Positions 1 through 9,359 of a stretch of 64,000 nt of DNA are shown piece by piece (position 1 is the first letter of the stretch; each line of letters starts with the position of its first letter). The DNA lies in NCBI GenBank assembly GCA_965205265.1, contig CBDBGH010000003.1, positions 1,696,001-1,760,000 of the forward strand, in the 5' to 3' direction. Source of the DNA: Alphaproteobacteria bacterium (GTDB taxonomy: Bacteria > Pseudomonadota > Alphaproteobacteria > Bin95). Below the pieces are notes generated by a model, which saw only the letters and a list, made by a program, of their open reading frames with translations, searched no databases and was not told where the DNA came from. The position numbers and the translations under genes are program-made.

Positions 1-1
1 G

Positions 2-724
2 CTGGCAGTAGCCGCTTCGGAGCCGCGCTATGCAGGCGCGATCGTCATGGACAGCGATGGCGAAGACCGGCCGGAAAACGTGCCGCAACTGGTCGCCGCA
101 ATGGGGGCGGACTGCAACGCGGTCGTGGCGCGTAGGGGACGGCGGACGGAATCCCTGCCCTTCCGGCTCTTCTATCGCCTCTACCGCCGTTTTTTCCGGC
201 TGCTGACGGGCCGGCAGATCCGCTTCGGCAATTTCTGCGCCCTCGACCGCCGCGCCCTGCTGCGACTTAACGCCATGCAGGAGACGCGCATCCATCTCGC
301 GGCAGCGATCATCAAATCACGGCTGCGGCGGGTGGAAATCTCCTGCGACCGGGGCAAGCGATACGATGGCCGGTCGCAGATGAATTTCTACGATCTGGCG
401 CTGCACGGCATTCGCGCAGTTGCCGTGTTCGACGACGCCGTGCTGACGAGAATGGGCGCGGTTTGCGCCGGGGCGGCGGTCTCCGGCGTTCTTGTCTTTC
501 TGGTCGGCCTTGCCCTGAAACTTGCGGGCCAGACGCCGCCGGGCTGGCTCACATTCGTGACCGGATTTCTGGTCCTTGTCTTCCTGCAAACCGCAGTCCT
601 CAGCCTCGTCGCGCTCATCATGAATGCGCTCGGCTACCGCTCGCCGGCGGACCTCGAAGCGGCGGCGGCCTCGCTCATTCTGAAGACGGAAGCGACCGGG
701 CCGGACGATCCCGCCGATGCGTGA
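2..724 (+). CDS. GT2 glycosyltransferase, GtrB/DPM-synthase-like (5' truncated by window edge)
   Basis: DSDGEDRP DxD-type motif, GNFCALDR, RYDGRSQMN, two C-terminal TM helices; frame is open back to base 2. Confidence 0.85.
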   Translation: MAVAASEPRYAGAIVMDSDGEDRPENVPQLVAAMGADCNAVVARRGRRTESLPFRLFYRLYRRFFRLLTGRQIRFGNFCALDRRALLRLNAMQETRIHLAAAIIKSRLRRVEISCDRGKRYDGRSQMNFYDLALHGIRAVAVFDDAVLTRMGAVCAGAAVSGVLVFLVGLALKLAGQTPPGWLTFVTGFLVLVFLQTAVLSLVALIMNALGYRSPADLEAAAASLILKTEATGPDDPADA

Positions 725-1124
725 GGAAGCGGGCCGGGTCCTGCGCTTCGTGCTCAACGGCCTGTTCGCGACTGCTGTGCATTTCGGGGTGCCCGCGGGA
801 CTGGTCGAGGGCGCCGGAATGGGATCGGCAGCGCTCGCCAATGCTCTCGCGGCGGTCTGCGGCATAACGGTCTCCTATGCCGGCAACCGCAGCTTCGTGC
901 TGAGGAGCCGCGCGCCTCACCGGCGGGCCGGCGTCCGTTTCCTTGCCTGCTATGCAGCCGTCGTCTCGCTGCATGGCGGCGCTATGGCGCTATGGGCGGA
1001 TATCGGCGGGCTGGACTACCGGATCGGCTTCCTGCTCTTCACGGGCGCAGCCGCCGTCCTTACCTATGCGCTGAACCGCTTCTTCGTCTTCAGGGAGCCC
1101 GGGGCGGAACTATCGTCCAGGTAA
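717..1124 (+). CDS. GtrA family flippase-like membrane protein
   Basis: RFVLNGLFATAVH...SYAGNRSFV...TYALNRFFVF pattern, 4 TM segments, overlaps the GT2 stop. Confidence 0.85.
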   Translation: MREEAGRVLRFVLNGLFATAVHFGVPAGLVEGAGMGSAALANALAAVCGITVSYAGNRSFVLRSRAPHRRAGVRFLACYAAVVSLHGGAMALWADIGGLDYRIGFLLFTGAAAVLTYALNRFFVFREPGAELSSR

Positions 1125-2556
1125 TCCCGATGGGGCGGGCGGTGGCGGAGCCGCTCCACAGGAAAGCCTCCTGCCGCAACTCCCGCCCGGCGGCCAGCGC
1201 AACCAGGCCCGGCGCCGGCTTCGATCCCGTCCGCCATACGACCAGAGCACCCTCGCCGACAATGTCTTCAGCCGTGATCCACGGCGATTTGCGTTCATCC
1301 GCGTCGATGGACACGGAGGGCCTGCCGGGCGCCGCGAGCGCGATCAGCCCCGCCTCCCAGACCGGTCCGGCGACAATGCGCGGCATGGCGCCGGTTTCGC
1401 CTTCATAGGCGCGCAGCAGGCGGGCAGCGATCTCCTCTTGCGGCCAGACGACCCGCGAGGGCTTGTCCGACCGCTCGGCGCGCAGAAGAACCGACGTCGC
1501 ATAGGCCGCGGGCACCAGCGCCAGCATCACGGCAGCGAACAGGGCGACCCGCGCGAGCCTCCGGCCCTCGAACCGCCCCGGCAGCAGCGCCATCAGCAGC
1601 AGGCCGGAGAGGTTGAACATCGGCATGCCCCACATGTCTTTCAGCCCCATGCCGGTTGCCCCGGCCATCAGCGCTGCCAGAAAGGCGGGCAGAAGGCCCA
1701 TGACAAAGAGGAAGCGCCGGGCCCGCGCCTCCCCGGGGGGCAACCGTGCCGCGCCCCTGCCTATCAGGCCGGCCCCGAGCGCCATCAGCAGGAAAACGGC
1801 ATGGTCCGCCGCCTGCGTCAGCAGGAACGAGAGCGGGCCTCCCGGCCTGCCCGAGCCAGCCCGCGCCAACGCATAGTCGAGCGGCAGGAAGCCGGTTTCG
1901 ACCAGGTACTGCGCCTGCGGCGCGGCGACGGCGGCGAAGACCGCCAGCGCCGCCCAGGGGCCGATGCGGGCAAGCTGCGCGCGGGCCTGCGCATCCAGCA
2001 ATATCCAGAGGCCCGCCGCCGCCAGAAGCAGGCCGGAGGAGTATTTCGCCCAGAGCGACAGGCCGGCGAAGACGCCCAGCAGCAGCCACCAGACGATCCG
2101 CCCGCCCGCCGCCGAACGCCAGAGCGCCAGGCATGTCCACGCCCATAACGGCATCTGCATCAGGTTGTGGTTCATCTCCGGCGTCGGCCAGGAATAGTAG
2201 AAGACGCCGGTCAGCAGCAGCGTACCGGCCGCCGCCCGGCCCGGCCCCAGGAGGTCGCGACCGAGCAGATAGACGGCGGCGAAGCTCGCGATGACGCAGG
2301 CCTGTGCGAGCAGGTAAGCCGGCCAGAGCGCGCCGGAGGAGAGGAGCCGCACGGCTTCGAGCAGCAATCCCGGCAGGTTGGGGTGCTTGTAGGTCGCAAC
2401 GACGCCTTCCCGGCCCCAGACCAGCATCTCGACGACATCCAGCGGCGGCGCGCTGTGGGTCAATGCAGGCGCGAGGGTCCAGACAAGCGCCTGCGCGGCG
2501 CACAGCACGGCAACCGCGCGTCCGGGGCGCAACGGGAGTCTTTCGGAATGGATCAT
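1090..2556 (-). CDS. GT-C fold glycosyltransferase (ArnT/PMT_2, GT39/83-like)
   Basis: PLDVVE...YKHP, LSLWAKYS motifs; multi-TM, 488 aa. Confidence 0.8.
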   Translation of the reverse strand: MIHSERLPLRPGRAVAVLCAAQALVWTLAPALTHSAPPLDVVEMLVWGREGVVATYKHPNLPGLLLEAVRLLSSGALWPAYLLAQACVIASFAAVYLLGRDLLGPGRAAAGTLLLTGVFYYSWPTPEMNHNLMQMPLWAWTCLALWRSAAGGRIVWWLLLGVFAGLSLWAKYSSGLLLAAAGLWILLDAQARAQLARIGPWAALAVFAAVAAPQAQYLVETGFLPLDYALARAGSGRPGGPLSFLLTQAADHAVFLLMALGAGLIGRGAARLPPGEARARRFLFVMGLLPAFLAALMAGATGMGLKDMWGMPMFNLSGLLLMALLPGRFEGRRLARVALFAAVMLALVPAAYATSVLLRAERSDKPSRVVWPQEEIAARLLRAYEGETGAMPRIVAGPVWEAGLIALAAPGRPSVSIDADERKSPWITAEDIVGEGALVVWRTGSKPAPGLVALAAGRELRQEAFLWSGSATARPIGITWTIVPPRAP

Positions 2557-2582
2557 TGCGGCGAGAACTGCGGGCGCCCGGC

Positions 2583-3056
2583 TCAGCGCCCCTGGCTTCT
2601 ATCCGGCTTGCGCTGGATCACCGGCATGAGCACGCCGGTCAGCATCGTTTCGTTGTACTGGTTCCTTGCGTGGAAGGACATGCGCATATTGCCCCGGTCC
2701 GGACGAGACGACGGCAGCAGTTCCAGCACCTGGCAGCTGACCCGGAGCGTGTCGCCCGGCCGCACGGCGCGCAGCCAGCGCAACTCGTCGATACCCTTTC
2801 CGCCCAGATTGCCCGAGCCGAACACCCGCGCCTGGACGAGCAGGCGAAAAACCACCGACAGGGTGTGGAACCCGCTCGCCACCAGGCCGCCGTAAATGCT
2901 TTCGACGGCGCGTTCCCGGTCCAGATGGAAGTATTGCGGGTCGTATTGCAGCGCGAAGTCGATAATGCTGCTTTCGGTAAAGGTGTAACCGTCCGTTTCG
3001 AAGCGCTGGCCGACCCTGAAGTCGTCGAACCAGCGCCCGGTTTCACCCGCCTCCAT
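2583..3056 (-). CDS. MaoC family dehydratase
   Basis: FALQYDPQYFHLD, GGLVASGFHT, LRWLRAVRPGDTL. Confidence 0.9.
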   Translation of the reverse strand: MEAGETGRWFDDFRVGQRFETDGYTFTESSIIDFALQYDPQYFHLDRERAVESIYGGLVASGFHTLSVVFRLLVQARVFGSGNLGGKGIDELRWLRAVRPGDTLRVSCQVLELLPSSRPDRGNMRMSFHARNQYNETMLTGVLMPVIQRKPDRSQGR

Positions 3057-3496
3057 TACCAGGTTCCGGTGTTCTCCATCGACGCCCAGGGTTCGGCCGG
3101 GTCGCGCGGGCCGCCCGCCTGCAGCAGCTCGATGGAAATCCCGTCGGGGGAGCGGATGAAGGCCATATAGCCGTCCCGCGGCGGACGGTTGACGGTCACG
3201 CCGGCTTCGGAGAGGGATTGGCAGAGGCCGTAGATGTCATCGACCTCGAAGGCGAGATGGCCGAAATTCCGTCCCCCCTTGTAGTCCTCGGGGTCCCAGT
3301 TGTAGGTGAGTTCCAGAACCGGCGCCTTCGCATCGCGGGCCACCGCCTCGTCCGCCGATGCAGCGAGGAAGATGTTGGTGTAGCGGCCCTTTTCGCTTTC
3401 GGTGCGCCGGGTTTCGACCATACCCAGCAGGCCGCAATAGAAAGCGAGCGACTTGTCGAGGTCCGAAACGCGGACCATGGTGTGCAGGTAGCGCAT
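3056..3496 (-). CDS. gloA: Lactoylglutathione lyase (glyoxalase I)
   Basis: MRYLHTMVRVSDL, LELTYNWD, GRNFGHLAF, FIRSPDGISIELL; start reassigned to ATG 3496. Confidence 0.9.
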   Translation of the reverse strand: MRYLHTMVRVSDLDKSLAFYCGLLGMVETRRTESEKGRYTNIFLAASADEAVARDAKAPVLELTYNWDPEDYKGGRNFGHLAFEVDDIYGLCQSLSEAGVTVNRPPRDGYMAFIRSPDGISIELLQAGGPRDPAEPWASMENTGTW

Positions 3497-3546
3497 GGCT
3501 GGATTTCTCCTGGATTGGAACGGGCCGGCGGCAGAATAGGCGCGGC

Positions 3547-4323
3547 CTAGCGCCCTTGGAAGACCGGCGCCCGTTTCTCCATGAAGGCCGTGCGGCCCTC
3601 GCGGTAGTCCTCGCTTTCCGAAGCCCGCATCTGGAGAGCGCGGTATCCCGCTTCGGTTTCCTCCATCCGGCCCGCTGCGATGGCGTTCAGGCCTATCTTG
3701 GCGCCCATGAGGGAGAGCGGCGCGTTGCCTGCAATGGACTCCGCGAATTCGATTGCCGCCTCCACCGGGTCCCAGTCCACCAGCATGTCCACCAGGCCCA
3801 TCTGCGCCGCCTCTTCGGCCGTGAAACGTTTTGCGGTGTACATGATCTTCTTGGCGTTGGTCACGCCGACGATACTGGCAAGCTTCTGCAGCCCGTCCAT
3901 GCCGTAAATGATGGAGAGCCGCGCCGCCGGGATGCCGAATTGCCCGCTGCGGTCCGAAACCCGAAAGTCCGCGCAGACGATGAGGCCGCATCCCCCGCCG
4001 ACCGCATAGCCGCGAATTGCTGCGATGACGGGCTTGGAAAGTTCGGCGATAGAATGCTCGGCGAAGACCACCTGCCGTCCGTAATCCGCCGCCTGCTCCG
4101 CATCGCCGCGCACTTCGGCGAACTCCGAAATGTCAGCCCCGGTGCAGAAATTGTCGCCGGCCCCGGTGAGCACAACGGCGCGCACGTCCTTGTCCTCATC
4201 GAGTTCGGTGAACAGCCGGCCGAGTTCGGTCCACATAGCCTTGGTGCAGCAGTTCTTCTTCTCCGGCCGGTCGATCGTGACCACCGCGACCTGACCCCGC
4301 CGGCGAAGCTTGATCTCGTCCAT
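3547..4323 (-). CDS. Enoyl-CoA hydratase/isomerase
   Basis: FCTGADISEF, KPVIAAIRGYAVGGG, EGRTAFMEKRAP; start MDEIKL at 4323. Confidence 0.9.
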   Translation of the reverse strand: MDEIKLRRRGQVAVVTIDRPEKKNCCTKAMWTELGRLFTELDEDKDVRAVVLTGAGDNFCTGADISEFAEVRGDAEQAADYGRQVVFAEHSIAELSKPVIAAIRGYAVGGGCGLIVCADFRVSDRSGQFGIPAARLSIIYGMDGLQKLASIVGVTNAKKIMYTAKRFTAEEAAQMGLVDMLVDWDPVEAAIEFAESIAGNAPLSLMGAKIGLNAIAAGRMEETEAGYRALQMRASESEDYREGRTAFMEKRAPVFQGR

Positions 4324-4437
4324 GGACCTCTTTTCTCCCTGTCGTCCGCCCCCGTTATGCCGCGCCGGCGCCGCCCTTGCCAAGAGAAACCGGTTGGCGA
4401 GAATGGCCGCAGGTTTCCCAAGGGGAGGAAGAGCGCC

Positions 4438-5610
4438 ATGGCCGGGGCACTGGAAGGGCTTAGAGTCATCGACTTTACCACCAATCTTTCGGGGCCCTAT
4501 TGCGCGATGCTGCTCGCCGACCAGGGCGCCGATGTCATCAAGGTGGAGCGTCCCGAAGGCGAAGCGATGCGCCAGACGCCGCCCTTCGTAGCCGGCGAGA
4601 GCGCGCCCTTCATGCTCTGGAACCGCAACAAGCGCTCCGTCACGCTCGATCTCAAGACCGACGACGGATTCCAGGCCGCGTGGGACCTTTGCATCTCGGC
4701 CGATATCGTGGTCGAGAACTTCCGGCCCGGCGTCATGGCGCGGCTCGGCCTCGGCTATGAGGTGCTCGCCGCGGAGAACCCCGGCCTGGTGATGACCTCG
4801 ATCTCCGGCTTCGGGCAGGACGGGCCCTATGGCACACGCGGCGGTTTCGACCTGATTACCCAGGCCATGTCCGGCCTCGCCGCGATCAACGGCCCGGAGG
4901 ACGGTCCGCCCTTCCGCCTGCCGATCGCCATTTCCGATGTCGGCGCCGGCATGTTCGGGGCCTACGCCACCATGGTCGCCATTCACGGCCGCACGCAGAC
5001 CGGCAAGGGCCAGCATGTCGATGTGTCGCTTTACGAGAGCGCCATGTCGTTCTGCGTCTATGAGGCGGCAGCCTATTTCGCGACCGGAAAGACGCCGGAG
5101 CGCATCGGGCAGCGCCACCGCGGCAGTTCCCCCTACCAGATCCTGAAGGCGAAAGACGGCTATCTCGCGGTCGGCGGCGCGCAGCAGAATCTCTGGTTCC
5201 GCATCTGCGACGTGCTCGGCCGCCCCGATCTGACGGACGATCCGCGCTTCCGGACGCGCGCCGACCGGGTGGCGAACAACGATGAACTGATCGAGATCTT
5301 CGAGAAAGTCATGCAGACCCGCACCCGCGACGAATGGCTGGCCGAGCTCGAGGAGGTGGGCGTGCCGGCAGGCCCGGTGATGGACCATGGCGAGGTGTTC
5401 ACCGACCCGCACACGCTCGCCCGCGACATGGTCGTCGAACTGGACCATCCGACGGTGGGGAAAATGAACACCATCGGCACGCCGGTGAAGCTCGCCGCGA
5501 CGCCCGGCGCCGTCGCCCGTCCGGCGCCGCTCCTGGGTGAACACACCGAGGAGGTCCTGGCCGAACTCGCCGCCCGCAAGCAGCCGCCGCTCGCCGCCGC
5601 GGAGGAATAG
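4438..5610 (+). CDS. Family III CoA transferase (CaiB/BaiF)
   Basis: LADQGADVIKVE, NRNKRSVTLDLK, ENFRPG, APLLGEHT. Confidence 0.92.
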   Translation: MAGALEGLRVIDFTTNLSGPYCAMLLADQGADVIKVERPEGEAMRQTPPFVAGESAPFMLWNRNKRSVTLDLKTDDGFQAAWDLCISADIVVENFRPGVMARLGLGYEVLAAENPGLVMTSISGFGQDGPYGTRGGFDLITQAMSGLAAINGPEDGPPFRLPIAISDVGAGMFGAYATMVAIHGRTQTGKGQHVDVSLYESAMSFCVYEAAAYFATGKTPERIGQRHRGSSPYQILKAKDGYLAVGGAQQNLWFRICDVLGRPDLTDDPRFRTRADRVANNDELIEIFEKVMQTRTRDEWLAELEEVGVPAGPVMDHGEVFTDPHTLARDMVVELDHPTVGKMNTIGTPVKLAATPGAVARPAPLLGEHTEEVLAELAARKQPPLAAAEE

Positions 5611-5663
5611 CCCTCCCGTTCTCGACAGGCAGCGCGGAAAGGGATAAATCTCGCATCCCGGTG

Positions 5664-5739
<76 letters not shown>

Positions 5740-5775
5740 CCCATCGAAATCGGACCGGTCAGGCGGGAGGCACCC

Positions 5776-6942
5776 ATGGCGCTCAAGGACAGTGTGGACG
5801 GAATCCTGGAGGCTGCGGTTTCGAGGGGCGATGTCCCCGGCGTCGTGGCTGCGGCGACGACGGCTGAGGGGACCGTCTATGAAGGCGGGTTCGGCGAACG
5901 GGCGGTCGGCAGCGGCGCGGCCATGACGCCCGACACGGTCGGCTGGATCGCCTCCATGACCAAGGCCGTGACCGGCGCGGCTGCCATGCAGCTGGTCGAG
6001 CAGGGAAAGCTGGAGCTCGACGGGCCGGCCAGCGCGGTCATCCCGTATCTCGGCGAAGTCGGGGTGCTGGAGGGCTTCGACGATGACGGCCAGCCGAAAA
6101 TGCGCCCGCCCAAGCGGCCGATCACGCTGCGCCACCTGCTGACCCATACCTCCGGCTATGTGTACGAGATCTGGAATACGGACATCCTGGCCTACCAGGA
6201 GGCGAAGGGCATTCCGCAGATCACGAGCTGCGAGAACGCCGCGCTGACGACGCCGCTCTTGTTCGATCCGGGCGAGCGGTGGGACTACGGCATCGGCATC
6301 GACTGGGCCGGCAAGATGGTCGAGGCGGTGAGCGGACAGCGGCTCGGGCAATACATGAAGGAGAACATCTTCGACCCGCTCGGCATGGGCGACACCGCCT
6401 TCAGGGTCTCACCTGCGATGCAGGAGCGGCTGGCGACAGTCCATGTGCGCGGCGAGGACGGCGCCTGGGCTCCGATGGAGTTCATGGTCGAGCAGGACCC
6501 CGAGTTCGAGATGGGCGGCGGCGGCCTCTACTCCACCGTCGGGGACTATCTCAAATTCATCCGCATGATCCTGAGCAGGGGTGCGGCGAACGGCCACCGC
6601 GTGCTGAGGCCTGAGACCGTGGAGGCCATGTCCGTCAACAGCATCGGCGACAACCGCGTCGTCAATCTCGCGACCGCCATGCCGCCCTACTCCAACGATG
6701 CCGAGTTCTTCCCCGGCATGGAGAAGACCTGGGGCCTGACCTTCATGATCAACAATGAGGTGGCGCCGACCGGCCGGACGGCCGGCAGCCTCGCCTGGGC
6801 CGGCCTCGCCAACTCCTATTTCTGGATCGACCCGGCCAAAGGCATCGGCGGCGCCTACATCACCCAGGTCCTGCCCTTCGCCGACGAGAAGTCGCTCCCC
6901 CTCTACCTCGACTTCGAGACGGCGGTTTACCGGAGCCTGTAG
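5776..6942 (+). CDS. Serine hydrolase, beta-lactamase-related (EstB-like esterase)
   Basis: SMTK SxxK motif, LRHLLTHTSG, FDPGERWDYG, WAGLANSYFWIDP. Confidence 0.9.
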   Translation: MALKDSVDGILEAAVSRGDVPGVVAAATTAEGTVYEGGFGERAVGSGAAMTPDTVGWIASMTKAVTGAAAMQLVEQGKLELDGPASAVIPYLGEVGVLEGFDDDGQPKMRPPKRPITLRHLLTHTSGYVYEIWNTDILAYQEAKGIPQITSCENAALTTPLLFDPGERWDYGIGIDWAGKMVEAVSGQRLGQYMKENIFDPLGMGDTAFRVSPAMQERLATVHVRGEDGAWAPMEFMVEQDPEFEMGGGGLYSTVGDYLKFIRMILSRGAANGHRVLRPETVEAMSVNSIGDNRVVNLATAMPPYSNDAEFFPGMEKTWGLTFMINNEVAPTGRTAGSLAWAGLANSYFWIDPAKGIGGAYITQVLPFADEKSLPLYLDFETAVYRSL

Positions 6943-6950
6943 CCGCGCAG

Positions 6951-8558
6951 CTACGCGGTCTCCGCCGCATAGTCCTCCACCAGCTGGAACTTCCGGATCT
7001 TTCCGGAGCCGGTCAGGGGGAAGGCGGGGACCTCGCGCCAGACGACGGGCGTTTTCTGCGGCGAGAGGCGGGCGCGGCAGTGGCGGCGGAGTTCCTGCGG
7101 GTCCATCTCCCGGCCGGGCTCCATGCGCACGAAGCAGGCGACGATCTCGCCCCATCTCTCGTCCGGCAGGCCGACCACGGCCACCTCCGCCACATCGGGA
7201 TGCTCCAGCAGCGTGTTCTCGATCTCCGCCGGGAAGAGGTTCTCGCCGCCCCGGATAATCATCTCCTTCACCCGCCCGGTGATGCGCAGATAGCCCTGCC
7301 GGTCGAGCGTGCCGAGATCGCCGGTGTGCAGCCAGCCGTCCGCGTCGATGGCGTCCGCCGTGGCCGAAGGGTTGTCGTGGTAGCCGATCATCACGCAATA
7401 GCCGCGCGTGCATATTTCGCCGACCTCGCCGACCGGAACCACGCGGTTCTCGCCGTCCACGCTGCGGATCGAGACCTCCGTCTGCGGCATGGGGAGGCCG
7501 GTCGTATTGCAGACGATCTCCAGGCTCTCGCCCATATGATGCTGGGTGACGAGGGGCGAGGCCTCGGTCTGTCCATAGACTGTCTGGAAGGCGCAGCCGA
7601 ACCGCCCGGTCACATTGCGCACCAGTTCCGGAGCGACCATCGATCCGCCCGAAATGGCGATTTCCACCGACGAGACATCGAACGGCTCCTGGTCCAGGCA
7701 CTCCATCATCGCGACCAGCATGGTCGGCACGCCGAGAAGCGCCGTCACCTTCTCGCGCTCCATCAGGCGGAGGATGGCGGCCGGGTCGAACAGCTTGATG
7801 AGATACATCGCGCAGCCGGCCTGGAGCGCGCCGAGCGTAATCAGGCCGCAGCCGCTGGTGTGGAACATCGGCATGAAGTTCGCCCAGACCGAGTCCGGCC
7901 GGGTGCCCGCGCGGGCAGCACAGTAGCGCGCGTTGTTGGTGAGCGAACGGTGCGACAGCACGGCCCCCTTGGGAAAGCCGGTCGTGCCGGAGGTGTATTG
8001 AATTTGCGCCGCATCGTCCGGGGTGACCTCAGGCAGTTCCGCCGGCCGGTCTCCGATCCGGTAGAGCGCTCCACGGTCGTCCAGATCGACGATTTCCCGC
8101 ACCGCCGCAAGGCCGTCGCAAGCGGCAACGGCGATCTCCGCCATCGGATTGCCCCGGTAGCTCTCCACCGAGAACAGCGCCGAGGCGCCCGACTGCTCCA
8201 GCACATAGCGCAGCTCAGCCGCCTGGTAGGAGGGGTTGGCCGTCACCAGGATGAGGCCGGCGAACCCGCAGGCATATTCCATCAGCACCCATTCCGGCAC
8301 GTTCGGCGCCCAGACCACGAGGCGTTCGCCCGGCGCGAAGCGCGACGCCAGCGCCTTCCCGAGCCGTTCGCTGTCCGCCAGCAGTTCCGCATAGGTCCAG
8401 CGCCGCCCGTTCTCTCCGTCGAGGTTCACCTCCACCAGCGCCGTGCAGTCGCCGCGCCTGGCCGCCATGTCGCGCAGCTGGCCGCCAACCGTCGTCTCCA
8501 GCACCACATCGTCGGTCTGGGCGGGAATGTAGGATTCGGTAAGGTCGAAGCGGTACAT
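6951..8558 (-). CDS. AMP-binding acyl-CoA synthetase
   Basis: YTSGTTGFPKG, YGQTE, WLHTGDLG, GRVKEMIIRGGEN. Confidence 0.93.
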   Translation of the reverse strand: MYRFDLTESYIPAQTDDVVLETTVGGQLRDMAARRGDCTALVEVNLDGENGRRWTYAELLADSERLGKALASRFAPGERLVVWAPNVPEWVLMEYACGFAGLILVTANPSYQAAELRYVLEQSGASALFSVESYRGNPMAEIAVAACDGLAAVREIVDLDDRGALYRIGDRPAELPEVTPDDAAQIQYTSGTTGFPKGAVLSHRSLTNNARYCAARAGTRPDSVWANFMPMFHTSGCGLITLGALQAGCAMYLIKLFDPAAILRLMEREKVTALLGVPTMLVAMMECLDQEPFDVSSVEIAISGGSMVAPELVRNVTGRFGCAFQTVYGQTEASPLVTQHHMGESLEIVCNTTGLPMPQTEVSIRSVDGENRVVPVGEVGEICTRGYCVMIGYHDNPSATADAIDADGWLHTGDLGTLDRQGYLRITGRVKEMIIRGGENLFPAEIENTLLEHPDVAEVAVVGLPDERWGEIVACFVRMEPGREMDPQELRRHCRARLSPQKTPVVWREVPAFPLTGSGKIRKFQLVEDYAAETA

Positions 8559-8599
8559 GGCGGTCGTTCCCAGGAAAGGCGTTTATATCGTTGGCGTCC

Positions 8600-8899
8600 T
8601 CAAGCTGCGAAACCGGCTGTTCCGACCTCGCGTTCCAGCCGGCCTCCAAGCAGCCGGCGCGCTTCCTCCAGATCGTAGTCAGCCTGCAGGCCGAGCCAGA
8701 AGCGCTCCGAAGTGCCGAAATAACGGGCCAGCCGCAGCGCCGTATCGGCGGTGACGCGGCGTTTGCCATGCACGATTTCGTTCAGGCGGCGCGGCGGCAC
8801 GCTCATTTCCCGCGCCGCCCGGTTCTGGCTGAGGCGCAACGGTTCGAGAAATTCCTTCAACAGGACTTCTCCGGGGTGGACGTTCGGAAGCCGCTTCAT
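8600..8899 (-). CDS. higA: HigA family antitoxin (orphan)
   Basis: HPGEVLLKEFLEP...RLNEIVHGKRRVTADTALRLARYFGTS..FWLGLQADYDL. Confidence 0.88.
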   Translation of the reverse strand: MKRLPNVHPGEVLLKEFLEPLRLSQNRAAREMSVPPRRLNEIVHGKRRVTADTALRLARYFGTSERFWLGLQADYDLEEARRLLGGRLEREVGTAGFAA

Positions 8900-8933
8900 C
8901 GGAAGAAAGCCTCCCTCGAAACTTACTGGCGCA

Positions 8934-9359
8934 TCAGCATTTTGCCATCCTTGCCTCCACCGTCACCAGACCCGCCGGGGGATCGACGATGACGCGGTCG
9001 CCGGTGGCGATCAGGCGGGTGATGTCGCCGTCCTCGAAGCGGTCGCAGAGCGCCATGCCGGCAAAGGCCGCGCCCTGCGCCAGTATGGTGTTGGCGGCAT
9101 TGAACAGGATCGCCTTCGGCGCGAGCCCACGTTCCTTCATCTCGCGCAGCATCCAGGCGGACGCGACCCCGCCCTTGGCCGTGTTCAGCACCAGCACCCT
9201 GTCCACATAGGAGAGCCCGGCGAGCCTGTGCCCCGGCCGGGAGAAGGTGCCGGCGAGCCGGTCCAAGTCGTAGCGGGCGGAGAAATCGTCCGACGCGACC
9301 AGCGCTTCGCCTTCGACTTTCGGCCCGATGCCGGGATGGCAGCGCAGGCGGAGCGTCAC
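8934..9359 (-). CDS. Aconitase X swivel (small) subunit, DUF126
   Basis: VEGEALVASDDFS, GDRVIVD; GTG start overlaps the AcnX large-subunit stop (GTGA). Confidence 0.8.
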   Translation of the reverse strand: MTLRLRCHPGIGPKVEGEALVASDDFSARYDLDRLAGTFSRPGHRLAGLSYVDRVLVLNTAKGGVASAWMLREMKERGLAPKAILFNAANTILAQGAAFAGMALCDRFEDGDITRLIATGDRVIVDPPAGLVTVEARMAKC

